From a virus, in the IMG/VR virus record IMGVR_UViG_3300027686_001029: a stretch of DNA of 64,000 bases; one strand, written 5' to 3'. Below, one piece after another: positions 57,090-64,000 of this stretch. A program made the translations under genes and the position numbers. Position 1 is the stretch's first letter; every line of letters begins with the position of its first letter. The notes under the pieces were generated by a model. That model did no database searches. It had not been told where the DNA came from and was given only the letters and a program-made list of their open reading frames with translations.

Positions 57090-58139
57090 TTATGCAAGTT
57101 GATTATCTATTCTGAATTTAATTTCATCTATTAGTACAGTTTCAGAAGAACTGTAGGATTTAGCACCTCTTAGCACTACTATATTATTTAGGTTTTTAGC
57201 TACTGCGAACCTTTGAGGTGCTATAGTAGACCCTTCTACATCTAACTCTACATTTAACTTATATACAGTACCGTCTGGTCCTACATGTGAGTACTGTGTA
57301 TCTGACAGGTTACTCGTCTGTCTATCGGAAGTAGCTTGATATGTATCTATTAAATCTTTTAAACTATTTGAATCGTCGAGAGATGGAAGTAGCTCTATAG
57401 CGCTGCTAAGTACAGTTGCTGCTTCTGATTGAGCACTTAGTTCTTGTTGTTCGTTGTTATTAGGGTAGTACGTACTTCCGTCAGTATTAAATTGAGTAGT
57501 ACCAAGGAATATAGGTATAAGAGATGTGAATATATACTCTCCTTTATCATTTAGTAATCCTGCAGCTATTAACTGTTCTTCTGTTAGTTTGCCGTTTGCT
57601 ACTTCTTCTTTTAGTGCATTTTCTATTTTGCAAGCTATAACTGGTAGTTTAGCTGATTGTACTTTCTTGTTTATGTTATCTATAAAGAGTATAGACGGTG
57701 CTACCATAGTTTCAATAGAGCTTACATTTTCTTTTATAGCTGCAATCATTTCTAATAAAAGTATTAGCTGTTCTGTAAATTTATTAGTGATAGATATGGG
57801 TATACCTACACCAGGGGGCACTGCTTGTGGAATAGGTATGTTACCTATCACATTAATTGCTATTTCTAACCCTGTTAATGGGATGCCTAGTTTAGTAGCC
57901 ATCCTCTTAACCTTGTTGGTTTTTTTTGCAGTACTGTTTATAGTACGTTGCATTTGAGAGATTGTCCTTGAAACTTGATTTAGTTTTTGTAGATGCGGAC
58001 AGCCTTCTCTTCTAAAGTCGTCTATCACTTCAAATAGCTTACTTAAGACTTTTTGTTTAAGTATACCAAGAGTTTTACCTACTTGCGGGGCAAGGGCTGC
58101 TACTAATTCTTGTTTATTTGGAAATTTAATATATGGCAT
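57090..58139 (-). CDS. Hypothetical helical baseplate-region protein
   Basis: 349-aa ORF between gp5-like and gp25-like genes. Confidence 0.55.
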   Translation of the reverse strand: MPYIKFPNKQELVAALAPQVGKTLGILKQKVLSKLFEVIDDFRREGCPHLQKLNQVSRTISQMQRTINSTAKKTNKVKRMATKLGIPLTGLEIAINVIGNIPIPQAVPPGVGIPISITNKFTEQLILLLEMIAAIKENVSSIETMVAPSILFIDNINKKVQSAKLPVIACKIENALKEEVANGKLTEEQLIAAGLLNDKGEYIFTSLIPIFLGTTQFNTDGSTYYPNNNEQQELSAQSEAATVLSSAIELLPSLDDSNSLKDLIDTYQATSDRQTSNLSDTQYSHVGPDGTVYKLNVELDVEGSTIAPQRFAVAKNLNNIVVLRGAKSYSSSETVLIDEIKFRIDNQLA

Positions 58140-59329
58140 TACTCTGTAAATACTTTTTCAGACATTATTCTCCTAAGTTTATTCTTTAATAAGGGTATTG
58201 AAGGTTTTTGCATATTACCTAATACTACTAGTTTAGCAATTCCTGCTGGAGGAGCTGGTGGTAGAGTAGCAAGATTAGTATATATAGCGTCTAATTCATC
58301 TATTATTTCCTCTAACAAGTCTACTGTTCTCTTACCTAGTAGTACCGGTTCGTCTTCTAACCTTTTAGCTGCTTCACCTAAGTATATTTTATCAGCATCG
58401 AATGCTACATATTGTTCTCCGTCTACTGCTACTATGTTACTATTTAGGCCGATAGTTTCTTTAGCAGATATGAACGCTCCTTCATCTTTAGCGTTAAAAA
58501 ATAATCTTCCTCCGTTTACTATAACCTGCGAACCTTTATATTCTTCAGGAGTTATAGGAGGATCTATATATGCTTCTCTTTTATCATTAGCAGGTTCTAT
58601 TTCTACCTGATGGTCCGAGGTTAGGTATATTGAAGAAGGATCTTTATTAATATCTTCTTTTACCGGGTTAATTGAGTCTTCAGGCTCTGCCTGTCCATTA
58701 CTTATTAGAATTGTAGGTTTACCGTTATTATCTTCTACTACAATTGTATTAGACTCTGCTTTAGTTCCGTTAAGTCTAATAGATTGCCCAAACCTTCCCT
58801 CTATTATAGTATCACCGGGAAAAGCTCCAAGGGGTGCTATTGTTTTTTCTGGGTCAAAGTCCTCTCCGTATATGTATCCAGTAATGTCTTCGTTAGGCAT
58901 TACATTAGCATTAGGATGGTTCCAGCCTGCAACAATACCTGTCCAGTATGTTAAAAGTCCTTCTTTGGATCTATTAATGTTGGTCTTATCGTTTGGGGTA
59001 TTTTTTGTAAGTGTGTATACTGATGGGCGTCTTTCTATTACGACTATCTCTCCAGGTATTGGTATCCTTTTAAGAAAAGAGGCATCGCAGTAGGCAAAAC
59101 TGTTAGCTGTTTCATTATCACCATCGCCGTCTGTATAAGGAGTATAAAATACCCCATTTAGACCTTGTGATTTATTATAGTTTTCGTATTCCGGATGGGT
59201 TTCGTTTAGCAGTATATCTAAAACTATCCCAAAGGACATTCCGCCGGAGGATGAAGATTGGCCGGTTGAACCATTACTCATAAGGCTTCCACCTGAAAAG
59301 GTATTTAGACTATACGGATTGTTCGCCAT
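58139..59329 (-). CDS. Baseplate hub/central spike, gp5-like, no lysozyme domain seen
   Basis: N-terminal OB-like PIPGEIV; GDTIIEGRFGQSIRL; C-terminal beta-repeat region. Confidence 0.7.
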   Translation of the reverse strand: MANNPYSLNTFSGGSLMSNGSTGQSSSSGGMSFGIVLDILLNETHPEYENYNKSQGLNGVFYTPYTDGDGDNETANSFAYCDASFLKRIPIPGEIVVIERRPSVYTLTKNTPNDKTNINRSKEGLLTYWTGIVAGWNHPNANVMPNEDITGYIYGEDFDPEKTIAPLGAFPGDTIIEGRFGQSIRLNGTKAESNTIVVEDNNGKPTILISNGQAEPEDSINPVKEDINKDPSSIYLTSDHQVEIEPANDKREAYIDPPITPEEYKGSQVIVNGGRLFFNAKDEGAFISAKETIGLNSNIVAVDGEQYVAFDADKIYLGEAAKRLEDEPVLLGKRTVDLLEEIIDELDAIYTNLATLPPAPPAGIAKLVVLGNMQKPSIPLLKNKLRRIMSEKVFTE

Positions 59330-59687
59330 CTTTACTTTCTTCTATTTTTACTTGTGTTTCACTGTCTAGTGCTTCTTGCTCCTCTAATAAGTCCTGTAGT
59401 TCTGAGAGGTCAAACATCTCATCTCCTGATCCATTTGCATTTGCTGTTTCAATCCTCTGTACTATAGTAGCCAGTTTAATTAAAGCGTCATCGTTTTTTA
59501 CTTGAATTTCCATGTACTCTTTAATCATGGGTACAATTAAAGTAGCATCCCCTATATTCTCTATAAGAGGTTTTAATTCGTTTATTAGACTTTTTACCTG
59601 GTTCCTAGTAGTAGAAGAATTATCATGTATCTCCCCGAATAGGTCTGAAAGAGTTTTGCCGTTGAATATTTCTTTATCTAAACTCAT
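59310..59687 (-). CDS. Helical hypothetical protein (possible terminase small subunit)
   Basis: 125 aa, two long helices and an acidic tail; palindromic late-type box upstream. Confidence 0.4.
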   Translation of the reverse strand: MSLDKEIFNGKTLSDLFGEIHDNSSTTRNQVKSLINELKPLIENIGDATLIVPMIKEYMEIQVKNDDALIKLATIVQRIETANANGSGDEMFDLSELQDLLEEQEALDSETQVKIEESKDGEQSV

Positions 59688-59711
59688 GGTGTTTTATTTA
59701 TAATAAATAGA

Positions 59712-60413
59712 CTAGTAAGTTTTATCTGTAAGATATCCTTGGTCGTATAGTTTTTGGTACTTCCTTTTAAAGTCCTCTTTTAACACGTTAATTACCTTTG
59801 TAAGGTAGGGGGTGTCACAGTTAGTCATCTCTCTTATATAGATGTAAAGAGCTTTCTTTTTAAAAATATCTAAGTCTTGACGAGTTTTAAATAGAGTAAG
59901 AACAGCATCAGCAATCTGTAAATCTGATTCTTTTTCGAACATATTGTCAAGTACTTCATATACTTCCTTAACCCACATGTCTATAAATTGAGAGAGATTA
60001 ATATGACCTTCCTCTATACCTCTATCTTCAATAGATGAATCGTACATTTCATCAAAAGATCCAATCTGCTTTAGCTTTTTATAGTTCTTATTATTATAGT
60101 TTATTAACCACCTTTTTACTATTGTTCCGAAATACGAATATGCTTTTGCTCCATTATCGGGATCAAATTTCATAATCTTCTCTTCTAATAAAACAGAAAC
60201 AATCTCGTGTTTGAGATCTTCAATTTTATTTACATCCGTATAGTAGAACTTAAAAGTATGTATAATGTTCTCTGCAAGCTTGTAAAATGGTAAGTATATG
60301 TGATCTGTAAAGATCTTCTGTCGTTCAGCTACATCTGATGATCTGTTGTATACTTTTATGTAGGACTCTGTTTCTTGAGTAAAGTAATTAGCTTTCGCTT
60401 TCTTTCGTGCCAT
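59712..60413 (-). CDS. gp55: Late-transcription sigma factor, T4 gp55-like
   Basis: NYF...FYKLAENII...KFDPDNGAKAYSYFGTIVKRWLI aligns by eye with the gp55/sigma region 2 motif FDPxKxxNxxAYFT. Confidence 0.75.
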   Translation of the reverse strand: MARKKAKANYFTQETESYIKVYNRSSDVAERQKIFTDHIYLPFYKLAENIIHTFKFYYTDVNKIEDLKHEIVSVLLEEKIMKFDPDNGAKAYSYFGTIVKRWLINYNNKNYKKLKQIGSFDEMYDSSIEDRGIEEGHINLSQFIDMWVKEVYEVLDNMFEKESDLQIADAVLTLFKTRQDLDIFKKKALYIYIREMTNCDTPYLTKVINVLKEDFKRKYQKLYDQGYLTDKTY

Positions 60414-60696
60414 AGTTTTCTGGGAGCATGTATCTATTCAATTCCTCTTGTACTGCTTGCATTTGTTTGAAAAATGTTCCTACTTCATCGTCGCTTTGAA
60501 ATACCCCCTTTTCATCGAGATTTTGAAGATGTAGTTTTCCTTGAGTTATTGAATTAGATATATTCTGTAAATAATTTACTTGATCTTCTATTATATCTTC
60601 ATGTTTTTCTACTGCATTAAGTAGGTTATAAATAATATAAGAACTAAAAATCAAGCCGGCAACTAATATGGCAATTATTATTTGGTAAGTTAACAT
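60388..60696 (-). CDS. Small N-terminally membrane-anchored protein
   Basis: IIIAILVAGLIFSSYIIY TM helix followed by a coiled coil. Confidence 0.65.
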   Translation of the reverse strand: MLTYQIIIAILVAGLIFSSYIIYNLLNAVEKHEDIIEDQVNYLQNISNSITQGKLHLQNLDEKGVFQSDDEVGTFFKQMQAVQEELNRYMLPENYGTKESES

Positions 60697-60697
60697 T

Positions 60698-61432
60698 TTA
60701 TATATTTTTTAATATGTTAGATAATCCTTCTGAGCTTTTAACTGGTCTTCCAGTTGAAGCAGTAACTTTCCTAGAAGTAGGTTTAGAGCTACCTCCATCT
60801 CTTTTCCACATATCATATTCAACTTTAGAAGCTAAGAAATCTGCTGAGTGAAGTACTGATATAATAGAGGTCTTCTGTCTAGAACCCTCCTGGTGGCTAA
60901 AAAAATATGCTTCATTAGCTTTATCGAAAACTCCATCATGGCAACGTATAGCTAGGAATTCCCTATGTGTTACTTTAATTCCGTTGTTTTGAAGAATATA
61001 TAATGAGCGGTCTGGGATTAGCATAAAATCCAATTCTGAATTATTAGTATACATCTCTGAGAGTTTATCTTGTCTCCATTTATCAGTCTGAGGTATATAA
61101 TTTGGTGATACTCCATCTCCTATTTTTCCTAGGTCGTGAAATAAAGCAGAGAATACTAATTCTTCTTCTGTATAATCTATAGTACCTCCCATATCTTTAT
61201 AGAGTCTAGATTGCTTTACCGCATACTCTACAACTCTATTTACATGATCTACGTACCCTCCTGCAAAAGCATTATGATACCAAGTCTTTCCACTAGCAGG
61301 AGCCATAACATAATTATCTTCTAACGAAGAAAGTAAGGCTAGCACTTGATCTTTACGATTAGTAATGTAGGTCTCTACAATTTTTAAGTGCTTTTCATAG
61401 TTTGAGGCTATTTTTTCTGCTGTTATAGACAT
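60698..61432 (-). CDS. HD-domain hydrolase (YhaM-like)
   Basis: HNAFAGGYVDH...ALFHDLGKIG...AIRCHDG...LHSAD. Confidence 0.88.
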   Translation of the reverse strand: MSITAEKIASNYEKHLKIVETYITNRKDQVLALLSSLEDNYVMAPASGKTWYHNAFAGGYVDHVNRVVEYAVKQSRLYKDMGGTIDYTEEELVFSALFHDLGKIGDGVSPNYIPQTDKWRQDKLSEMYTNNSELDFMLIPDRSLYILQNNGIKVTHREFLAIRCHDGVFDKANEAYFFSHQEGSRQKTSIISVLHSADFLASKVEYDMWKRDGGSSKPTSRKVTASTGRPVKSSEGLSNILKNI

Positions 61433-61466
61433 ATGTTATTTATTTGATTAATTATTACTATATATA

Positions 61467-61515
61467 TATTTATATATTTATATATTTATATTACTTATTA
61501 AGTTTACTATTTATA
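61467..61515 (+). repeat. Three tandem TATTTATA 8-mers plus a fourth copy within an extremely AT-rich tract
   Basis: Copies at 61467-74, 61475-82, 61483-90 and 61508-15. Confidence 0.85.
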
Positions 61516-61547
61516 CTATTATATCTTATATACTAATTAATATATTT

Positions 61548-61580
61548 TTAAGATAATACTTCTAAGGCAGAATAGCAACT
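61548..61580 (-). promoter_or_regulatory. Host-type promoter AGTTG-N20-TATCTTAA
   Basis: Same spacing as the other copies. Confidence 0.65.
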
Positions 61581-62088
61581 ATTCTATAATAAACTTTAGA
61601 AAAACTTCCTCTTCTTTCCAATTATTACCTCCATCCCAATTAATATATCCACTAACATTTAAAGTATCTCCCTTTAAACCCTCTAAAACTGGGCCTATTA
61701 TCCGTTTAGTATACATCTTATTAGGTATTTTACCGTGATCGCGTAAGTATAAGCGAGTCTCCTGTACTAACGGTATAAATTCTGTTAACTCTCCGGTTTG
61801 AAGTGGTACCTGTACGAAAATATCTCCGGAAAATCCTGCTGTTACTACTGATTTACTGTTATAATGGTAGAATTCATCTGTTTTAGAAGCAATTACCTCA
61901 ATACTAAACCTAGGATCATACTGCCCATCGTAGTTTAACTTTAAATGGTAGTAACCATTCGCATCTTGTGGAGCATTTACCTTAAATGCAACGCTACAAT
62001 CCCCTCCTATACATAAGTCTGGAAGAATATCTTCCTTTTCACAAGAACTTAAGAAATAACCCAGTAAAAATAGTGAAATTAACCTCAT
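61579..62088 (-). CDS. Bacteroidota-type lipoprotein
   Basis: MRLISLFLLGYFLSS-C16-EKED: lipobox plus acidic export-signal-like residues. Confidence 0.75.
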   Translation of the reverse strand: MRLISLFLLGYFLSSCEKEDILPDLCIGGDCSVAFKVNAPQDANGYYHLKLNYDGQYDPRFSIEVIASKTDEFYHYNSKSVVTAGFSGDIFVQVPLQTGELTEFIPLVQETRLYLRDHGKIPNKMYTKRIIGPVLEGLKGDTLNVSGYINWDGGNNWKEEEVFLKFIIE

Positions 62089-62113
62089 AACCTTTATTTT
62101 TTTTTATTATACC

Positions 62114-62146
62114 TTAATATACGAACTATATCTTTGTTACGCAACT
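62114..62146 (-). promoter_or_regulatory. Host-type promoter AGTTG-N20-TATATTAA
   Basis: Intergenic; exact 20-nt spacer. Confidence 0.7.
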
Positions 62147-62149
62147 AAT

Positions 62150-62590
62150 TTAATACCTTTCTTCATTTATCTTCTGTACTGCTGCAATAGCTTGAGTAGA
62201 AGAAACATTAAAACCCTCTCTATTCTTACGTACTCTGAAATCTTTAAGGTATTCATGGGTTTTTTGCTCTAAATCATGTGCTTCTGCACACTCTAAATAC
62301 CAATCAGTCTCCCACTCTTCAATAACACCAGTTGCTGAGTTAATCTCCTTTAATCTCTGCTCAGGAGATGTAGTCGTAAATCCAACCTTTACTATTCCAG
62401 GCATAGATTTATTAGAAAGTACATATACATACTCTCCCCACTTAGAACTATACTCCTCTAAACGTTCTTTCATTCCATCTAATCTCCACTGACAATCTTC
62501 TGATAAACCAATATTACCCATAGCCAGGTAACTAGTTTTTCTATTCTGCATCTCTGCAATCTCCTCTTTTAACTCTTGAATCATTCCCAT
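62150..62590 (-). CDS. T5orf172/GIY-YIG domain protein
   Basis: YVYVLSNKSMPGIVKVGFT...RLKEINSATGV...LEQKTH...R...REGF. Confidence 0.85.
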   Translation of the reverse strand: MGMIQELKEEIAEMQNRKTSYLAMGNIGLSEDCQWRLDGMKERLEEYSSKWGEYVYVLSNKSMPGIVKVGFTTTSPEQRLKEINSATGVIEEWETDWYLECAEAHDLEQKTHEYLKDFRVRKNREGFNVSSTQAIAAVQKINEERY

Positions 62591-62615
62591 AACCTTTATT
62601 GTTTTTATATATACT

Positions 62616-62648
62616 TAAATATACGAATAATAACTCGGGTAGCCAACT
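62616..62648 (-). promoter_or_regulatory. Host-type promoter AGTTG-N20-TATATTTA
   Basis: Intergenic; exact 20-nt spacer. Confidence 0.7.
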
Positions 62649-62663
62649 AAATAACAGGTTCTT

Positions 62664-63107
62664 TTAAACTTTAGGTACCTCAAAATTCTTGAGTGCACCC
62701 TCATAGAGTATATCTTGACTTTTTTTAATGGTACTACATTTTTCATAGTATTCAATTCCCTCAAAATAATCTTTAAGTAAATCTAAAGCCTCATTAGTAC
62801 TTGCAAAATCAAATGAATCTGATATCTTATACGCCTCATTAATATCCTCCCAATCTATTCTCTCTAGATAACCCATAAGGTTAGTAAAATACTTATACCT
62901 AACCATCTTTGTATGTCTCTTATACTCTTCTGGGTATTTCTTAGAGTATAGTGCATCCATTAAATAGTAATTCTCTAAACCACGAATTACCATCCCCATT
63001 AGAACATATGGATTTTTAAGAACTCCCGTTACTCCATGCTCCTTGTACACCTCTTCATCGCTTACTTCAAACATAGCGAAAAGATTATCTTTCTGAATCT
63101 GCTTCAT
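62664..63107 (-). CDS. Hypothetical protein with a UVR-like C-terminal motif
   Basis: FEGIEYYEKCSTIK resembles the ExYExCxxI UVR motif. Confidence 0.6.
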   Translation of the reverse strand: MKQIQKDNLFAMFEVSDEEVYKEHGVTGVLKNPYVLMGMVIRGLENYYLMDALYSKKYPEEYKRHTKMVRYKYFTNLMGYLERIDWEDINEAYKISDSFDFASTNEALDLLKDYFEGIEYYEKCSTIKKSQDILYEGALKNFEVPKV

Positions 63108-63142
63108 ATAGATAAATATAGTGATAAGTTAATTACCAATCA

Positions 63143-63175
63143 AGTTGGAATCCTGATATGATATTCTTATATTGT
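63143..63175 (+). promoter_or_regulatory. Host-type promoter AGTTG-N20-TATATTG, plus strand
   Basis: AGTTG 63143-47, box 63168-75; points into the GC-rich element. Confidence 0.65.
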
Positions 63176-63180
63176 ATATA

Positions 63181-63318
63181 TGTGAAGAGCAGGAACCGTT
63201 AAAGGATCGCTTCGCTGGTGGAGGTGTGAGGGCTATAGGTAAATAAACAAGACGGCGAAGCCGTCGCGAGACGCGCACGAGTTGCACCGCAATTTTATAG
63301 TCCTTCCTCCTTGCCTAC
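63181..63318. other. GC-rich multi-hairpin non-coding element at the strand switch
   Basis: Closing helices GGAGG/CCTCC and GGGCTATAG/TTATAGTCC enclose hairpins at 63251-65, 63265-75 and 63280-94. Confidence 0.55.
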
Positions 63319-63337
63319 ATAACTAAATAAACAAGAT

Positions 63338-63481
63338 ATGATAGCGTTTTTAATATGTGTTATAATATTAGCTATAGTCCTCGAGGTAGTAGTATCTAAG
63401 TATGGCAACAATTCAAGTATGTCTATGTTAGATGGCAAAAAAGAAAAGAAGGCTACTAATAGAGATACTACTGAGTCATAA
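63338..63481 (+). CDS. 47-aa membrane-anchored peptide (not in the ORF track)
   Basis: MIAFLICVIILAIVLEVVVSKYGNNSSMSMLDGKKEKKATNRDTTES*. Confidence 0.55.
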   Translation: MIAFLICVIILAIVLEVVVSKYGNNSSMSMLDGKKEKKATNRDTTES

Positions 63482-63567
63482 GCTACTGGATCCACATATG
63501 GAAGTACTGAGGTATATATAAAAAGGGGTATATAGGGGAAAATTTGCCAAAAAATTTCTCTGTTATT

Positions 63568-63600
63568 AGTTGGAAACCCACCAAAAAGTTCATATATTAA
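63568..63600 (+). promoter_or_regulatory. Host-type promoter AGTTG-N20-TATATTAA, plus strand
   Basis: 22 nt upstream of ATG 63623. Confidence 0.7.
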
Positions 63601-63622
63601 TAATAGGTAGTAAAGTTAGAGA

Positions 63623-63784
63623 ATGAGAGTGGTATGGAGATTATGGGCTAAAGCATTAGGTGAGAAGCAAGGAAAGACAAATGAAGCGGATAGGGTCGCG
63701 TTTATTAGAACTCTTTTAATTATTCAAGCCGTGGTAACCAATGTTTTAATTTCTATCAATATTTTAATGCAATGGAAGAGTTAA
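63623..63784 (+). CDS. 53-aa small membrane protein
   Basis: MRVVWRLWAKALGEKQGKTNEADRVAFIRTLLIIQAVVTNVLISINILMQWKS*; the WRxWAKALGEK...EAD motif recalls small proteins of marine T4-like phages. Confidence 0.7.
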   Translation: MRVVWRLWAKALGEKQGKTNEADRVAFIRTLLIIQAVVTNVLISINILMQWKS

Positions 63785-63807
63785 ATTGAATCAAAGAATA
63801 CTCAGTA

Positions 63808-63963
63808 ATGATAAAGCTACAAGGAATAAAGACAGGTGACTATATACTTACAGGTAGGTTTAAGAATAAGAAGGTAAAGGTTAATTCTATAACATACGAT
63901 TTACATGGCATGCCTCTTATCAATGGACGTAATGCTTGTACTTTTAGAGCCTATAAAGACTGA
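63808..63963 (+). CDS. 51-aa small beta-domain protein
   Basis: MIKLQGIKTGDYILTGRFKNKKVKVNSITYDLHGMPLINGRNACTFRAYKD*. Confidence 0.65.
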   Translation: MIKLQGIKTGDYILTGRFKNKKVKVNSITYDLHGMPLINGRNACTFRAYKD

Positions 63964-63969
63964 AGCACT

Positions 63970-64000
63970 ATGGGAGAATTTAATTTGGTAGACGATTCAT
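63970..64000 (+). CDS. Probable 5' fragment of a CDS
   Basis: ATG 6 nt after the previous stop; MGEFNLVDDS..., open to the window end. Confidence 0.3.
   Translation, partial: MGEFNLVDDS

Noticed and set aside
238-59093. Plus-strand ORFs in the track (e.g. 238-906, 2714-2965, 4892-5599, 17594-17944, 30627-30956, 44349-44591, 54346-54795, 57526-57957)
   Set aside because: All lie antisense to long minus-strand genes, have shadow compositions (V/P/T/A/S-rich) and lack their own promoters
63295-63495. 66-aa minus-strand ORF
   Set aside because: Overlaps a more plausible plus-strand membrane peptide and lies opposite the local plus-strand promoters; not fully excluded
1-64000. CRISPR array, tRNA/rRNA, intron/intein, DGR, stop-codon recoding, transposase/integrase
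   Set aside because: No repeat-spacer array, tRNA fold, split core gene or reverse transcriptase was seen; core genes are intact in the standard code

Overview
This 64 kb window is the virion-morphogenesis region of a large, AT-rich T4-like myovirus (uncultured-type Caudoviricetes). The host is most likely Bacteroidota (Flavobacteriia), judged from Bacteroidota-style promoters, absence of Shine-Dalgarno motifs and Bacteroidota-type lipoproteins. Nearly all genes from 1 to 63107 lie on the minus strand; small plus-strand genes start after a GC-rich structured element at about 63180-63320. In transcription order (right to left): early-type genes (T5orf172 nuclease, lipoprotein, HD protein), a gp55-like late sigma factor, baseplate (gp5-, gp25-, gp6-like, P2 I-like and collar-like paralogs), two S74-chaperone fibres, a 26-43 kb block of mostly unannotated proteins with an embedded primase/exonuclease pair, terminase, portal, protease, scaffold, major capsid, PhoH, neck and tail-completion genes, a 1815-aa cadherin-like protein and an array of paralogous fibre-like genes. 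The most notable signals are: (1) about 13 proteins, including a kinase, a HAD phosphatase and a nuclease, share an N-terminal MKL-x-x-I-(I/L)-x-E tag resembling a T4 capsid-targeting/gp21-cleavage signal, suggesting a packaged and injected cargo battery; (2) a translationally coupled kinase / HIGH-nucleotidyltransferase-double-zincin / HAD module; (3) a late-promoter candidate TATTTATA, the reverse complement of the T4 late box; (4) a multi-hairpin GC-rich element at the strand switch. All assignments come from motif recognition by eye; no database searches were run. No tRNA, rRNA, CRISPR array, integrase or transposase was seen.
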